DNA of 64,000 nucleotides from Gammaproteobacteria bacterium (GTDB lineage Bacteria; Pseudomonadota; Gammaproteobacteria; UBA4575): the NCBI GenBank assembly GCA_965243395.1, contig CBDEUS010000001.1, positions 1,088,001-1,152,000 on the forward strand, given 5' to 3'. Position 1 is the first letter of the stretch, and the number at the start of each line of letters is the position of its first letter. The position numbers and the translations under genes are program-made. Below, in pieces: positions 33,477 through 42,791 of this stretch. The notes beneath the pieces are model-generated. The model saw only the letters and a program-made list of their open reading frames with translations, was not told the origin of the DNA and did no database searches.

Positions 33477-33944
33477 TCAATGGGCTTGGCAATAATTTTT
33501 TTGATTACTTGCAAGATATTGTTCTATAAGCTTTTTTGCTAGTTGTTGCTCATCTTCTGTCAATGCATCATATTTCCCACGATGATTGCCTAAGTAAGAC
33601 CAGCCATAGCCCCAGCGATACCAGTTATAGAAATAAGGGCTGCCACCAAAACGCACGCCTTCGTACATCACTTTTGCTAACGATTCATCTTGTGTTTTTT
33701 CAAACACACATTGCTTAAGCTTACGATCTGCAAGTTCACGCTCTTCTTCTGTTCCTCCTTTCCAATACGCTAAGTCATGCTGAAAACAACATTCGCACCA
33801 ATCATCTTTGGTAATTAAAGAACTATCAGGAAAAAGAGAACAACCATCACTGGCAAACGGGCTTAGTTCTACGTCATTGCTACACGAAAAAATAGCGATA
33901 CAAAAGAAAAAATAAATCGAATAAGCGCTTATTTTGTTCTTCAT
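33477..33944 (-). CDS. Cys-rich lipoprotein with phospholipase A2-like HD motif
   Basis: Lipobox IFSC; SDGCS, CCFQHDLAY, ADRKLKQC. Confidence 0.65.
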   Translation of the reverse strand: MKNKISAYSIYFFFCIAIFSCSNDVELSPFASDGCSLFPDSSLITKDDWCECCFQHDLAYWKGGTEEERELADRKLKQCVFEKTQDESLAKVMYEGVRFGGSPYFYNWYRWGYGWSYLGNHRGKYDALTEDEQQLAKKLIEQYLASNQKNYCQAH

Positions 33945-33963
33945 TTTTTACCTTTGAATATAT

Positions 33964-34040
33964 TGGCGCGCCCGGAGAGATTCGAACTCCCGACCACCTG
34001 GTTCGAAGCCAGGTACTCTATCCAGCTGAGCTACGGGCGC
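33964..34040 (-). tRNA. tRNA-Arg, anticodon TCG
   Basis: GCGCCCGTAGCTCAGCTGGATAGAGTA-CCTGG-CTTCGAA-CCAGG-TGGTCGGGAGTTCGAATCTCTCCGGGCGCGCCA; 77 nt with encoded CCA. Confidence 0.96.
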
Positions 34041-34094
34041 ACATCATAATTATAACGGGTTGCTAGATGTTTTCGATTAGCACAGTATCCATAT

Positions 34095-34571
34095 ATGGTA
34101 GATTCAACCCAGCATTACGCTAAATTTTTAGCCTTACTACAACTATTTTATCCGTCTTTATATAACCAAATTAGCGCCCTCTCTGAAAAATCGGATCTCG
34201 TGGAAGCAAATTTAATCTGCTCAAATAATACTCACTCTTTTCAAGCTATTGTCTACAGTGAAGGCATTACTAAAGACGGTGAATTGCTTGAAATTTATGC
34301 GGGTAAAGACTCAATAGCACCTTATTCATGGGATTGGCGTTGGGTATTCGCCCTAAAAATTTTATTTAACGGAAATATTGTTTTTCCAATTAAATTCAAA
34401 CAAAAAGTAATTGCGCTTCCTACAGGAAAGCATCCGCTTAGTAATGTATTTTTTAATATTTTGCAAGAAGAATTTAACAAAGAGATAATTGAAATCATAA
34501 AGTCTGCAAAACATAAAAACCTACCAATACGCGATGGTTTTATTGACTACTGTAAATCTATAAATATTTAA
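34095..34571 (+). CDS. Hypothetical protein
   Basis: 158-aa ORF, no motif recognised. Confidence 0.5.
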   Translation: MVDSTQHYAKFLALLQLFYPSLYNQISALSEKSDLVEANLICSNNTHSFQAIVYSEGITKDGELLEIYAGKDSIAPYSWDWRWVFALKILFNGNIVFPIKFKQKVIALPTGKHPLSNVFFNILQEEFNKEIIEIIKSAKHKNLPIRDGFIDYCKSINI

Positions 34572-34579
34572 AATAGTCG

Positions 34580-35761
34580 TTAACTAGGTTTGGAAAGTTT
34601 TAATTCTTTAGTATTTACTTGGTTTTTTGCTTTTGACAAAGAACCCTCAATATAACTCATCACATGCTCTGCAGTCGCGCGATAAGAGGTTAGTTTGCCA
34701 CCAAAAATGGATAATATTCTGGGTTTATGTTTCCGATCTCGATGATAAATTGTTTCACGTGAACGTTGGTTTGCATTTTTCTGGCTTCTTGGTAATACAC
34801 GTAATCCTGAAAACTTTTTATTGACTTCAAAATTTTGATCACGATACTTTGGGAAGTGCGAATAAAAAGTCTCCAGCAAATATTCTACTTCTTGATCTAA
34901 CGGAAATGTTTTCGCTGGATCATCATCAAAAATACTTTCTGTAGTTCCAATCATCGTTTCACCATACCAGGGCATCACGAATATTGGGCGTTGATCTTGA
35001 GGGCTTTCAATATAGAAAATAACTTCGCCTAATTGTAAGGGTAATATAATGTGTGTGCCTTGAACCAAGTCTACCTGGATATTTTTTTGTTCCGGATGAA
35101 CGCAATCTACTATATCTGATGCCCACGGGCCTGCTGCATTTACTACAACTTTAGTTATCACTTCATTTTTAATTCCTTGATCATCTATATACGCAATCTG
35201 ATTAGATTCATTATCTAAAATTATCTTGTTCACCTTTGCATTTAATATAAGCTCAGCTCCGAATTCTTGAGCTGAGTTCATTACTGATTGGGTTAACAAG
35301 CTATCATCAGTTTGTGCTTCATAATATTGATAAACTGCAAGCAGGTTTTCTTGCTTTAGTCCATGTAAAGAATCCCAATCTTGCTTGGGTATTTTTTTAA
35401 ATTGGGCATCTTTGCTTAGATTTCCCAGCAGCGCATATAAAGACAAACCAGCACGTATCATTAAAGGTGAGCGTTTAGAGTGCTTGTATATAGGAATATA
35501 TACCGGGGTAAGTTTGACTAAATCAGGAGCATTTTTAAGCAGGTAACTCCGTTCAATCAAGCATTCACGTACCAATGAAAATTCAAATTGTTCTAGATAG
35601 CGTAATCCCCCGTGTATGAGTTTACTTGAGCGAGAAGATGTACCTTCTGCCAAATGATCATATTGCTCAAGCAAGACCGTTTTGTATCCCCTTACTGCAG
35701 CGGCCTGCGCAACCCCAACTCCATGAATACCTCCACCTATAATCGCAACATCGTAACTCAT
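34580..35761 (-). CDS. FAD-dependent glycerol-3-phosphate dehydrogenase/oxidase family, short form
   Basis: IGGGIHG, GTSSRSSKLIHGGLRYLE, NAAGPW, IFGGKLTSYR. Confidence 0.85.
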   Translation of the reverse strand: MSYDVAIIGGGIHGVGVAQAAAVRGYKTVLLEQYDHLAEGTSSRSSKLIHGGLRYLEQFEFSLVRECLIERSYLLKNAPDLVKLTPVYIPIYKHSKRSPLMIRAGLSLYALLGNLSKDAQFKKIPKQDWDSLHGLKQENLLAVYQYYEAQTDDSLLTQSVMNSAQEFGAELILNAKVNKIILDNESNQIAYIDDQGIKNEVITKVVVNAAGPWASDIVDCVHPEQKNIQVDLVQGTHIILPLQLGEVIFYIESPQDQRPIFVMPWYGETMIGTTESIFDDDPAKTFPLDQEVEYLLETFYSHFPKYRDQNFEVNKKFSGLRVLPRSQKNANQRSRETIYHRDRKHKPRILSIFGGKLTSYRATAEHVMSYIEGSLSKAKNQVNTKELKLSKPS

Positions 35762-35764
35762 GTA

Positions 35765-36493
35765 TTATTTAAAATATTCTGAGTTGCTGAGCTTTACAAT
35801 ATCACCTGTTTCAATTAAATCCACACCTTGTTCTAACAATTCATAAGCAAAATTCGGATTACTAATATCGTACAAAGCCCATTTCCACGGACCATTCCAT
35901 AATTGATTGGGTTGGTTAATTTTTTTCACGTTACAAAATAGGTATTCTGGTTGTATATCTTTTGCTTCTTTAAAATATTTTTCATTATATTTTTTCAATA
36001 CATAACCAGTTGGTAATAATTGTTTGCTTTTTACATATCTGACAACACTAGATAAAAAAGAAATTATGATGATATTAAATATAGCATTCTCCTGGATATC
36101 TAATACACGATTCACTACCGTTTCTAACCCAAATTTCTCAATACTTTCTTTTTTAATTTCTACAAAAACATTTAATTTAGAATACTGATTCATAAGCTGA
36201 ATTATTTGTTCCAAACTTGGAATAAATAACAATTTTTTTTCGCCATCTAGATTCTTAGAACGCAGTAAAGAAATAGATTGTAATTCTTCAGCCTTCAAAT
36301 CCCAGACTTTACTATTAATACCCGTAGTTCGACTTAAACTCTCATCATGGATTACAATAGGCTCTAAATCTTTTGAAAACTGAATATCTAATTCAAGATA
36401 CTGAAACCCAAGCATTGCTGCTTTTTGAAAGGCAAGCGCACTATTCTCAGGATATGTCGTCATATCACCTCGATGAGCAATTAATCTATTCAT
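35765..36493 (-). CDS. Glycerophosphodiester phosphodiesterase family
   Basis: IAHRG...PENS..AF, ELDIQFSKD..PIVIHD, FVEIK. Confidence 0.9.
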   Translation of the reverse strand: MNRLIAHRGDMTTYPENSALAFQKAAMLGFQYLELDIQFSKDLEPIVIHDESLSRTTGINSKVWDLKAEELQSISLLRSKNLDGEKKLLFIPSLEQIIQLMNQYSKLNVFVEIKKESIEKFGLETVVNRVLDIQENAIFNIIIISFLSSVVRYVKSKQLLPTGYVLKKYNEKYFKEAKDIQPEYLFCNVKKINQPNQLWNGPWKWALYDISNPNFAYELLEQGVDLIETGDIVKLSNSEYFK

Positions 36494-37917
36494 TAATGCA
36501 GCATTCCTGTAAATGCATTACGAAACAGCTTGTAACGCGATAATAGTGAGTTGTTTTCATTTGGATAAAAGTGTTTGCTTTCTAAAATATCCCAAACAGG
36601 CTTTTGCATTGCAAGCCAAGCAGCGCCTCGAGATGTAGCTTCTTTGAAATTAGACACAACAACATCTGCCTCGCATAGATCAGCTAAACACTGACACAAA
36701 TGCTCATCTTTGCTCATACCACCTGCAATTAATAATTGGTTGACTTCAACATCATGCATTCGCATTTTTTTAATGTTAATTGTAATTAAAAATGCAATAC
36801 TCTCCATCAATGCAGCCATACATTGATGAATAGAATAATCTTGATAATTTTTTTCAGATTGTAAAAATCCTGCTTGGATATCACTTCTCCAAAATGGCGA
36901 ACCCAAACCACCTATGGTATTTAAAAATATGGGTACATCTTCAACATTTTTCCATTCAATGGATTCTATTTCATTGATACCCCATTCTTCTTCTGCCCAA
37001 GTCATGGCGGCTCCCGCTCCATTTACGGTACCCTCTAAAACATACTCTTCTTCGCTTTCAGAGCTATAAGTAATACTGCTTAACAATTTAGAACTCAATA
37101 TTGGTCCTCGCTTACTTCTAGCTAATATAAAAGCACCCGTACCTATATTGACAAAAGCTGTATCATTCTCAAGCTTTCCATAACCGTAAACTGCACTATT
37201 TTGATCACCATTTACTAGCACCAAAGGATATTCTAGTTTTTTTACTTCGCCATATTTAAAGCTATTGGGTACAGGCTTGGGTAAATAGCGAGTATCAATA
37301 CAAAATGCAGTAAGCAAATCCTCATCCCATGTTTTTGTTTTTAAATTCCAAAGAAGTGTTCTATGAGCATTTGAAAAGTCTATAAAATTTGGTTGATGTT
37401 CAAGCAAATTGAAAATCAAATACGTCGCGAGCGGCCCAAATCTAAGCTGATCATTCTGTTGTTTATTTTTAACCGCTACATCGTTTTCTAGTAGCCACTG
37501 CAACTTAGATGCACCATAGTGAGGTGATAGCGGCAAACCTGTTTTTTGCTTGATAATGTCCTCTTGGAATTCAAAATTTTCTAATTTATTTTGTGTGCGA
37601 GTATCTAACCAACTTAATGCAGGTGTAATTGCCTCACCAGTCAACTTATCCCAGGCAATTACAGTGGAACGTTGCGTAGTTAAAGCAACAGAAATATTCG
37701 TTAAATTACTTTTCCTAATGAATTTTTGTGCTTCATCCAATACAGAGATACACGAATTTAAAATTTGCGTTCCATCTTGCTCGACTTGGAATGAATCACG
37801 ATAGTAGAGATCAACTTCTTGTTGAGATTTGAAAATTGCATTACCTAATAGATCATAGATAATCGCACGGGTGGAGTGAGTACCTTGGTCTACGACAATT
37901 ACATTTGACCAAGACAT
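36493..37917 (-). CDS. FGGY carbohydrate kinase, glycerol kinase-like
   Basis: DQGTHSTRA, TTQRST, SWLDTR, KTGLPLSPHY..SKL.WL, GDQ, GLGSPFW. Confidence 0.85.
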   Translation of the reverse strand: MSWSNVIVVDQGTHSTRAIIYDLLGNAIFKSQQEVDLYYRDSFQVEQDGTQILNSCISVLDEAQKFIRKSNLTNISVALTTQRSTVIAWDKLTGEAITPALSWLDTRTQNKLENFEFQEDIIKQKTGLPLSPHYGASKLQWLLENDVAVKNKQQNDQLRFGPLATYLIFNLLEHQPNFIDFSNAHRTLLWNLKTKTWDEDLLTAFCIDTRYLPKPVPNSFKYGEVKKLEYPLVLVNGDQNSAVYGYGKLENDTAFVNIGTGAFILARSKRGPILSSKLLSSITYSSESEEEYVLEGTVNGAGAAMTWAEEEWGINEIESIEWKNVEDVPIFLNTIGGLGSPFWRSDIQAGFLQSEKNYQDYSIHQCMAALMESIAFLITINIKKMRMHDVEVNQLLIAGGMSKDEHLCQCLADLCEADVVVSNFKEATSRGAAWLAMQKPVWDILESKHFYPNENNSLLSRYKLFRNAFTGMLH

Positions 37918-37929
37918 TTAGATACAGAA

Positions 37930-38523
37930 TTATACTTTTCTCTTGAGATAAAAAAACAATCGAATTCCGAGTAGTACAGCTAAAATAATAGCGTATATCA
38001 TCGGTTCACGTGTATCAATTTTTACCATCCACCAAAAATGCAGTACTGCAAGTATTGCAATTATGTACACCAAACGATGCAATTGAATCCATTTATATTG
38101 CAAACGTTCAACCATTTTATTCGTTGAGGTTACAGCAAGTGGAATAAGCAATATCAACGCAGAAAACCCTGCGGTAATAAAAGGTCGCTTAATTACATCA
38201 TCTATAATTTCACTAAAATCAAAAAACTGATCTAGCACCACATAGGAGGTCACGTGTGTACACACATAAAAGAATGCAAACAGACCAAACATACGTCGAT
38301 ATTGAATAATATTATTCCAACGAAAGATTCTAATTATCGGTGAAAATGCAAGTGTCAATAATAGTATACGTAAGGCCCAATCACCTGTATATCGATTGAT
38401 AGTTTCAATAGGATTAGCACCGAACCCTTCAGAATAGAAGCGATAAGCCAGCAATACCAAAGGCAATAACAATAATATAAAGAGTACGGGCTTAATTATT
38501 TTGCCCGATTTATTAGTTAACAC
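37930..38523 (-). CDS. msrQ: Heme membrane subunit of periplasmic Met-sulfoxide reductase
   Basis: RRMFGLFAFFY, KRPFITAG, PLAVTS, WIQLHRLVY. Confidence 0.93.
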   Translation of the reverse strand: MLTNKSGKIIKPVLFILLLLPLVLLAYRFYSEGFGANPIETINRYTGDWALRILLLTLAFSPIIRIFRWNNIIQYRRMFGLFAFFYVCTHVTSYVVLDQFFDFSEIIDDVIKRPFITAGFSALILLIPLAVTSTNKMVERLQYKWIQLHRLVYIIAILAVLHFWWMVKIDTREPMIYAIILAVLLGIRLFFYLKRKV

Positions 38524-38558
38524 AGTTTTCTGGGTGTTTTATTCTAGTTTTATATAAG

Positions 38559-39524
38559 TTAGAAATTTTTCTTAAGATCCATACCTGTATATAAGCTTGC
38601 CACTTGGTCTCCATAGCCATTAAAAGGTAGTGTTTCTCGTTTTAAAAATTCTCCGATTCTTCGCTCTCGCTTTTGACTCCATCTTGGGTGATCTACTTCT
38701 GGGTTCACATTAGAGTAAAAACCATATTCTCTTGGGCCAGCAACATTCCAGCTTGTTGCAGGCTGCTCCGCCAGAAAGTTAATACTGACGATAGATTTAA
38801 TACTTTTAAATCCATACTTCCAAGGCACAACTAAACGCAAAGGTGCTCCATTTTGATTCGGCAACTCTTTACCATATAAGCCGACAGCTAAAATTGTTAG
38901 CGGATGCATGGCTTCATCAATTCGCAAACCTTCTCGATAAGGCCAGTCTAAAACACTTCGTTTTTGACCTGGCAAATTGTCAGGATCTAAAATAGTTTTG
39001 AATTCAACAAACTTGGCTTTAGAAGTAGGTTTAAATTTCTTCAAAATAGGTCCAAGCTCAATACCCACCCACGGAATTACCATTGACCAAGCTTCTACAC
39101 AACGTAAACGATAAATTCTTTCTTCAAGTTTTGCAGGCGATATAAAATCTTCTAAATCAAATTCACCTGTTTCTTCACACTCACCAGTAACCTCTACACT
39201 CCAGGGTTTAACTTTCAAGTGGTGCGCATTACGTTTTGGATCACCCTTATCTAAGCCTAACTCATAAAAATTATTGTAGCCCGTTACCGCATCAAAAGGA
39301 GTTAACTCATCTTTAGTGGAATATTCGCTTTTGCTGATGTTTTCAAAATTAATATCTGCAGATCCAACTACTGGCCACATGGCTAAAGAAGGTGCCAGAG
39401 ACATTGCAGTAATAGACGCAGAATTTTTTATAAATTTTCTACGTTCTTTGTATATTGCCTGATCGGTAACATCAGACTCGGTTAAATCCATAGGCTTTCG
39501 TACTTTTATCAACATGCTCATCAA
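38559..39524 (-). CDS. msrP: Molybdenum catalytic subunit of periplasmic Met-sulfoxide reductase
   Basis: Tat [43 protein letters not shown]. Confidence 0.96.
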   Translation of the reverse strand: MMSMLIKVRKPMDLTESDVTDQAIYKERRKFIKNSASITAMSLAPSLAMWPVVGSADINFENISKSEYSTKDELTPFDAVTGYNNFYELGLDKGDPKRNAHHLKVKPWSVEVTGECEETGEFDLEDFISPAKLEERIYRLRCVEAWSMVIPWVGIELGPILKKFKPTSKAKFVEFKTILDPDNLPGQKRSVLDWPYREGLRIDEAMHPLTILAVGLYGKELPNQNGAPLRLVVPWKYGFKSIKSIVSINFLAEQPATSWNVAGPREYGFYSNVNPEVDHPRWSQKRERRIGEFLKRETLPFNGYGDQVASLYTGMDLKKNF

Positions 39525-39658
39525 TGCCTTAGTAATCAGTTATTTATTTAGTATTAGAGTAAATTATATTGTAACGGTTCAGAGATTCATCCACCTTGCG
39601 TGCATAATCTTGTACTGTCCAGCCTAATAGACCGGACTTACGACTAATTAATGACCAA

Positions 39659-40030
39659 TCAGTTATTGGAAAAATATGAACTCAGTAGATCTACCAGTTC
39701 TTTAGGGTCAAATGGCTTCTCGAATACGCCTATTGCTCCATTTTGAATTGCAGTGTCTTTTACGGCTCCATACATAGCGGTGATAAATACAATAGGAATT
39801 ATAGCATTTTCATTGATTAATTTCTGTTGCAATTCAAGACCCGTCATACCAGACATATCTTGATCTAATACTAAAACGCCTTCACTGGGTTTAGGATGTG
39901 CTTCTATAAATGCTTCAGCTGAATGAAATACTTCAACATCATAACCACGTTTTCGTAATATCAAAGTGTGTGAATGACACACTATTCGATCATCATCCAC
40001 TAGATAAATTTTAGTTGCACTTGAAGACAA
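39659..40030 (-). CDS. Single-domain response regulator (FixJ-like receiver)
   Basis: LVDDD, LDQDMSGMTG, FIT, KPF. Confidence 0.88.
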   Translation of the reverse strand: MSSSATKIYLVDDDRIVCHSHTLILRKRGYDVEVFHSAEAFIEAHPKPSEGVLVLDQDMSGMTGLELQQKLINENAIIPIVFITAMYGAVKDTAIQNGAIGVFEKPFDPKELVDLLSSYFSNN

Positions 40031-40481
40031 TCTTGTTTCTCAGTATTTAATGTGAATGATTAATGTAGTAATAGCTTACTACATTAAATTCATACATGCG
40101 CTCTTCATTTTTCTCACTCGATGATGTAGAAAATCTTAAATTAATCATTTTTCGCGTAAAGCGCGTTGTACAAGCACTCAGGAAGACCAAATTCGCATAA
40201 GATGGCCCATCATCCAATAGTAACTGAACTTAAATTTTATCTGAGGTTGCTTCTTCAAAAATTGCACTACTAGAAAGTACAACTTTCAATAACAAAGATG
40301 TGGTTAATATGCGTGATAGTGCAGTTTGAATTTTTTCATCCCAATTAAAATTGGATATACACTAAATTGAACATGGGCTAGATAGGACTATTTTAAACAG
40401 CTATGTTTCCTTGTTGAGGTTTTATATAAGTACGTTTTCACCAAGTTTAATACTCAACAAACAAAATTTCTTTCTTAATGT

Positions 40482-40509
40482 TGGGTAGCTAACCAAGGTT
40501 AGCTACCCA
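40482..40509. repeat. 13-bp perfect inverted repeat downstream of the secreted-protein gene (terminator or stabiliser)
   Basis: TGGGTAGCTAACC-AA-GGTTAGCTACCCA. Confidence 0.7.
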
Positions 40510-40567
40510 CACCCTTAGAAAGGGACCACTAAGATTGGATACTACTTTCTTTTATAAAGTAGATTTT

Positions 40568-42280
40568 TTACCAAGCAGCAATTCCAAAGCCACTACTTGG
40601 AATGTCAGAGTCTGCTTGAACTGGAGGATAGCGACCCTCTAATTGCAAGTCACCCACTCGGCAATCATCATCACCTGTTGGGTTACCAGCCATATCAAGC
40701 TTATCCCAAATCGTATCTTCACCTGCACAATCTTCAATGACTCTGTAAATTGCGATGGTTGTGAAACCACCTGGTGGATACAACCAATCACCTGAGCTAT
40801 TTTGTCCGATTGCAAATGGCACAGGAGTGTTCAATGCATAAAGATATTCAGTGTCCTTTGGATTTTGGCTAAGTGCTAGATCCAATCCACCTGCTTGATA
40901 CAAGAAATCTCTTTGATCGGGCTGAATTATTCCTCTGTCTCCATCGGTTGCTGGAGAGCTGGAAATTCTATGACGGAAGTTTTCCACTACACCAGAGAAT
41001 TGAGGCACACCATCAACAACAGTCACAGGTGGTCCACCGTCTTCCATAATACAAGTTGTTAAATCCATTCTACGAATAGAAATACCTGAGTTGAAGAAGG
41101 CTTGTGCATACACTGTACTGGTACGTGTTGAAATTTGTGACCAACATGTGTCATCACCAAGGTCAGGCTTGTTTGGTTGAATCCGAACTTTGGCACCAAA
41201 CTTGTTGACAGTAAATTGTGAAGTACCGCCTTGACCACGCTGTTGGAAACTACCATGCGTCATTATCACGCAGTCGTTAAAGTTTCGTCCTTTAACAGGC
41301 AATACAGAAAAACCAAAGTTATCATTACCGGAAGTTTCACTTACAACGGGGTTAGTGAAACGTGGAGCAATATCATCTGGGCTAGCTCCATCAAAGTTAT
41401 AACCTAACATTCTCGCTATACCTCTAGCGATACGAGAACGGTCTCGAATAGGAACACCCCTTCTATTTAACTTGATGACTTCCACGATATCATCTTCCGT
41501 ACCATTTCCTAACGCAAAGAAAGTATTACGTTGTGAAACAATCAACTGACGCCCTTCGTTCAAGAATGACATTTGCGCCGGATCACCGTTCTCGTCACGT
41601 GTAGGTCCATGCGCAATTCTTCGGAATGTACCTCTACGATTGTTAAATCTGTAAATCGTAAATGAAGTTCCTTCAAAATTTTCAATCTCTGGACGCTCGC
41701 CACAAGTAATACCTGTGGGGGCTAAGAAACCAACGGGTAAGCCTGGGCAACCGTTGAACTCAACTTCACCGCTACCGGCGTTGACTGTGGCCACTAAGTC
41801 ACGATTAATTCCGAACGCTCTTCGCGAATCGCGATCAACAGAACGTGGTTCTTGACCAACTGTTGATGCTGTATCAGTAAGTGTTACATCACATTTGTTA
41901 ACACGGAATGCAGAAACAGATCCAGCTAAGCTATCACTTGTAGGATCAAATCCAGCATTAATCATCATTACATACTGAGTTCCTCTATACTCTTTTACGA
42001 TTACAGAGAACTGACCTGATGTAACAATGCCGTCATCGTTACCATAGCCACCGGATTCTGCGCGCTGTACTTCTGTAAGAGTTCCATCTGATGCTCTTGC
42101 AAAAACAATCAGGCGGTTTTGCTGTGGATTACCATCATCATCACGCTTTACCCGATTTTCGTTTACATATACCGCGCCTTTGGTTAAGTCATAACCGCAG
42201 TCGCGCGCCATCACACCAGAAAATGGAGCTAATAGAAGCACCATTCCTAGCGATAGCATAATTGATATAGATATTTTCAT
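40568..42280 (-). CDS. Secreted Cys-rich protein, probable lactonase-like beta-propeller (start ATG 42280)
   Basis: RBS GGAGGGAGG before ATG 42280; signal peptide MKISIS...GVMA; GAVYVNEN...NRLIVFARASDGTL....ESGGYG, GSVSAFRV, DTCW, YLYALN, C-terminal GFGIAAW. Confidence 0.7.
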   Translation of the reverse strand: MKISISIMLSLGMVLLLAPFSGVMARDCGYDLTKGAVYVNENRVKRDDDGNPQQNRLIVFARASDGTLTEVQRAESGGYGNDDGIVTSGQFSVIVKEYRGTQYVMMINAGFDPTSDSLAGSVSAFRVNKCDVTLTDTASTVGQEPRSVDRDSRRAFGINRDLVATVNAGSGEVEFNGCPGLPVGFLAPTGITCGERPEIENFEGTSFTIYRFNNRRGTFRRIAHGPTRDENGDPAQMSFLNEGRQLIVSQRNTFFALGNGTEDDIVEVIKLNRRGVPIRDRSRIARGIARMLGYNFDGASPDDIAPRFTNPVVSETSGNDNFGFSVLPVKGRNFNDCVIMTHGSFQQRGQGGTSQFTVNKFGAKVRIQPNKPDLGDDTCWSQISTRTSTVYAQAFFNSGISIRRMDLTTCIMEDGGPPVTVVDGVPQFSGVVENFRHRISSSPATDGDRGIIQPDQRDFLYQAGGLDLALSQNPKDTEYLYALNTPVPFAIGQNSSGDWLYPPGGFTTIAIYRVIEDCAGEDTIWDKLDMAGNPTGDDDCRVGDLQLEGRYPPVQADSDIPSSGFGIAAW

Positions 42281-42312
42281 ATCCTCCCTCCTAGTAGTCA
42301 TAAGATACGAGA

Positions 42313-42624
42313 CATGCAGTTGCGATCATGCAAAGCAATCCGCAAATAACTTCATCACTGAAGTGCATGCTTCATTTTTTTGAAATTTAGTTTTGATTGT
42401 TTAAGAACGTCGCCTTAATCAAATCTAACTAAATTTCATTTGCCACTGCGTAAACACGCAGCGAACAAAACTAAAATTCGTAGATTGATTCAGGCTGGTA
42501 CGAGGCCTGTAAGAATTGAAACGTCAAAGTTTTGGACGTTTGATGGCTCTTAATTGTATTAAGAGTAAAGAAATGGACTGTGTTTAGGTCCGTGAGTGAA
42601 TTTCAAAGATTTTGGAAATTACTC
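42313..42624 (-). ncRNA. Highly structured leader with candidate ANTAR dual-hairpin site
   Basis: About nine consecutive inverted repeats; tandem A1/G4 hexaloop hairpins at 42349-42364 and 42329-42344. Confidence 0.55.
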
Positions 42625-42791
42625 TTTTATGCTTATATTTAGCTATGCTTTATAGGCCAATAATGCAATTAAATCAAGGACTAATCGACTTTTTTAGATT
42701 GAATTAAAATTCAATTTTGCGAAACTTGATAAATTTTAGTGAGTTACACCAAGATTTCTTAATTTACTTAAAGCACTTAGCTTAAATAAGG

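Noticed and set aside
27514-33963. Genomic island integrated at the tRNA-Arg 3' end
   Set aside because: Orphan ORFs and lexA-dinB lie downstream of the tRNA, but I saw no integrase, transposase or duplicated tRNA 3' end.
42641-42660. Sigma-54 promoter for the structured leader (TTGGCC...GC)
   Set aside because: The GG-to-GC spacing is not the required 10 nt.
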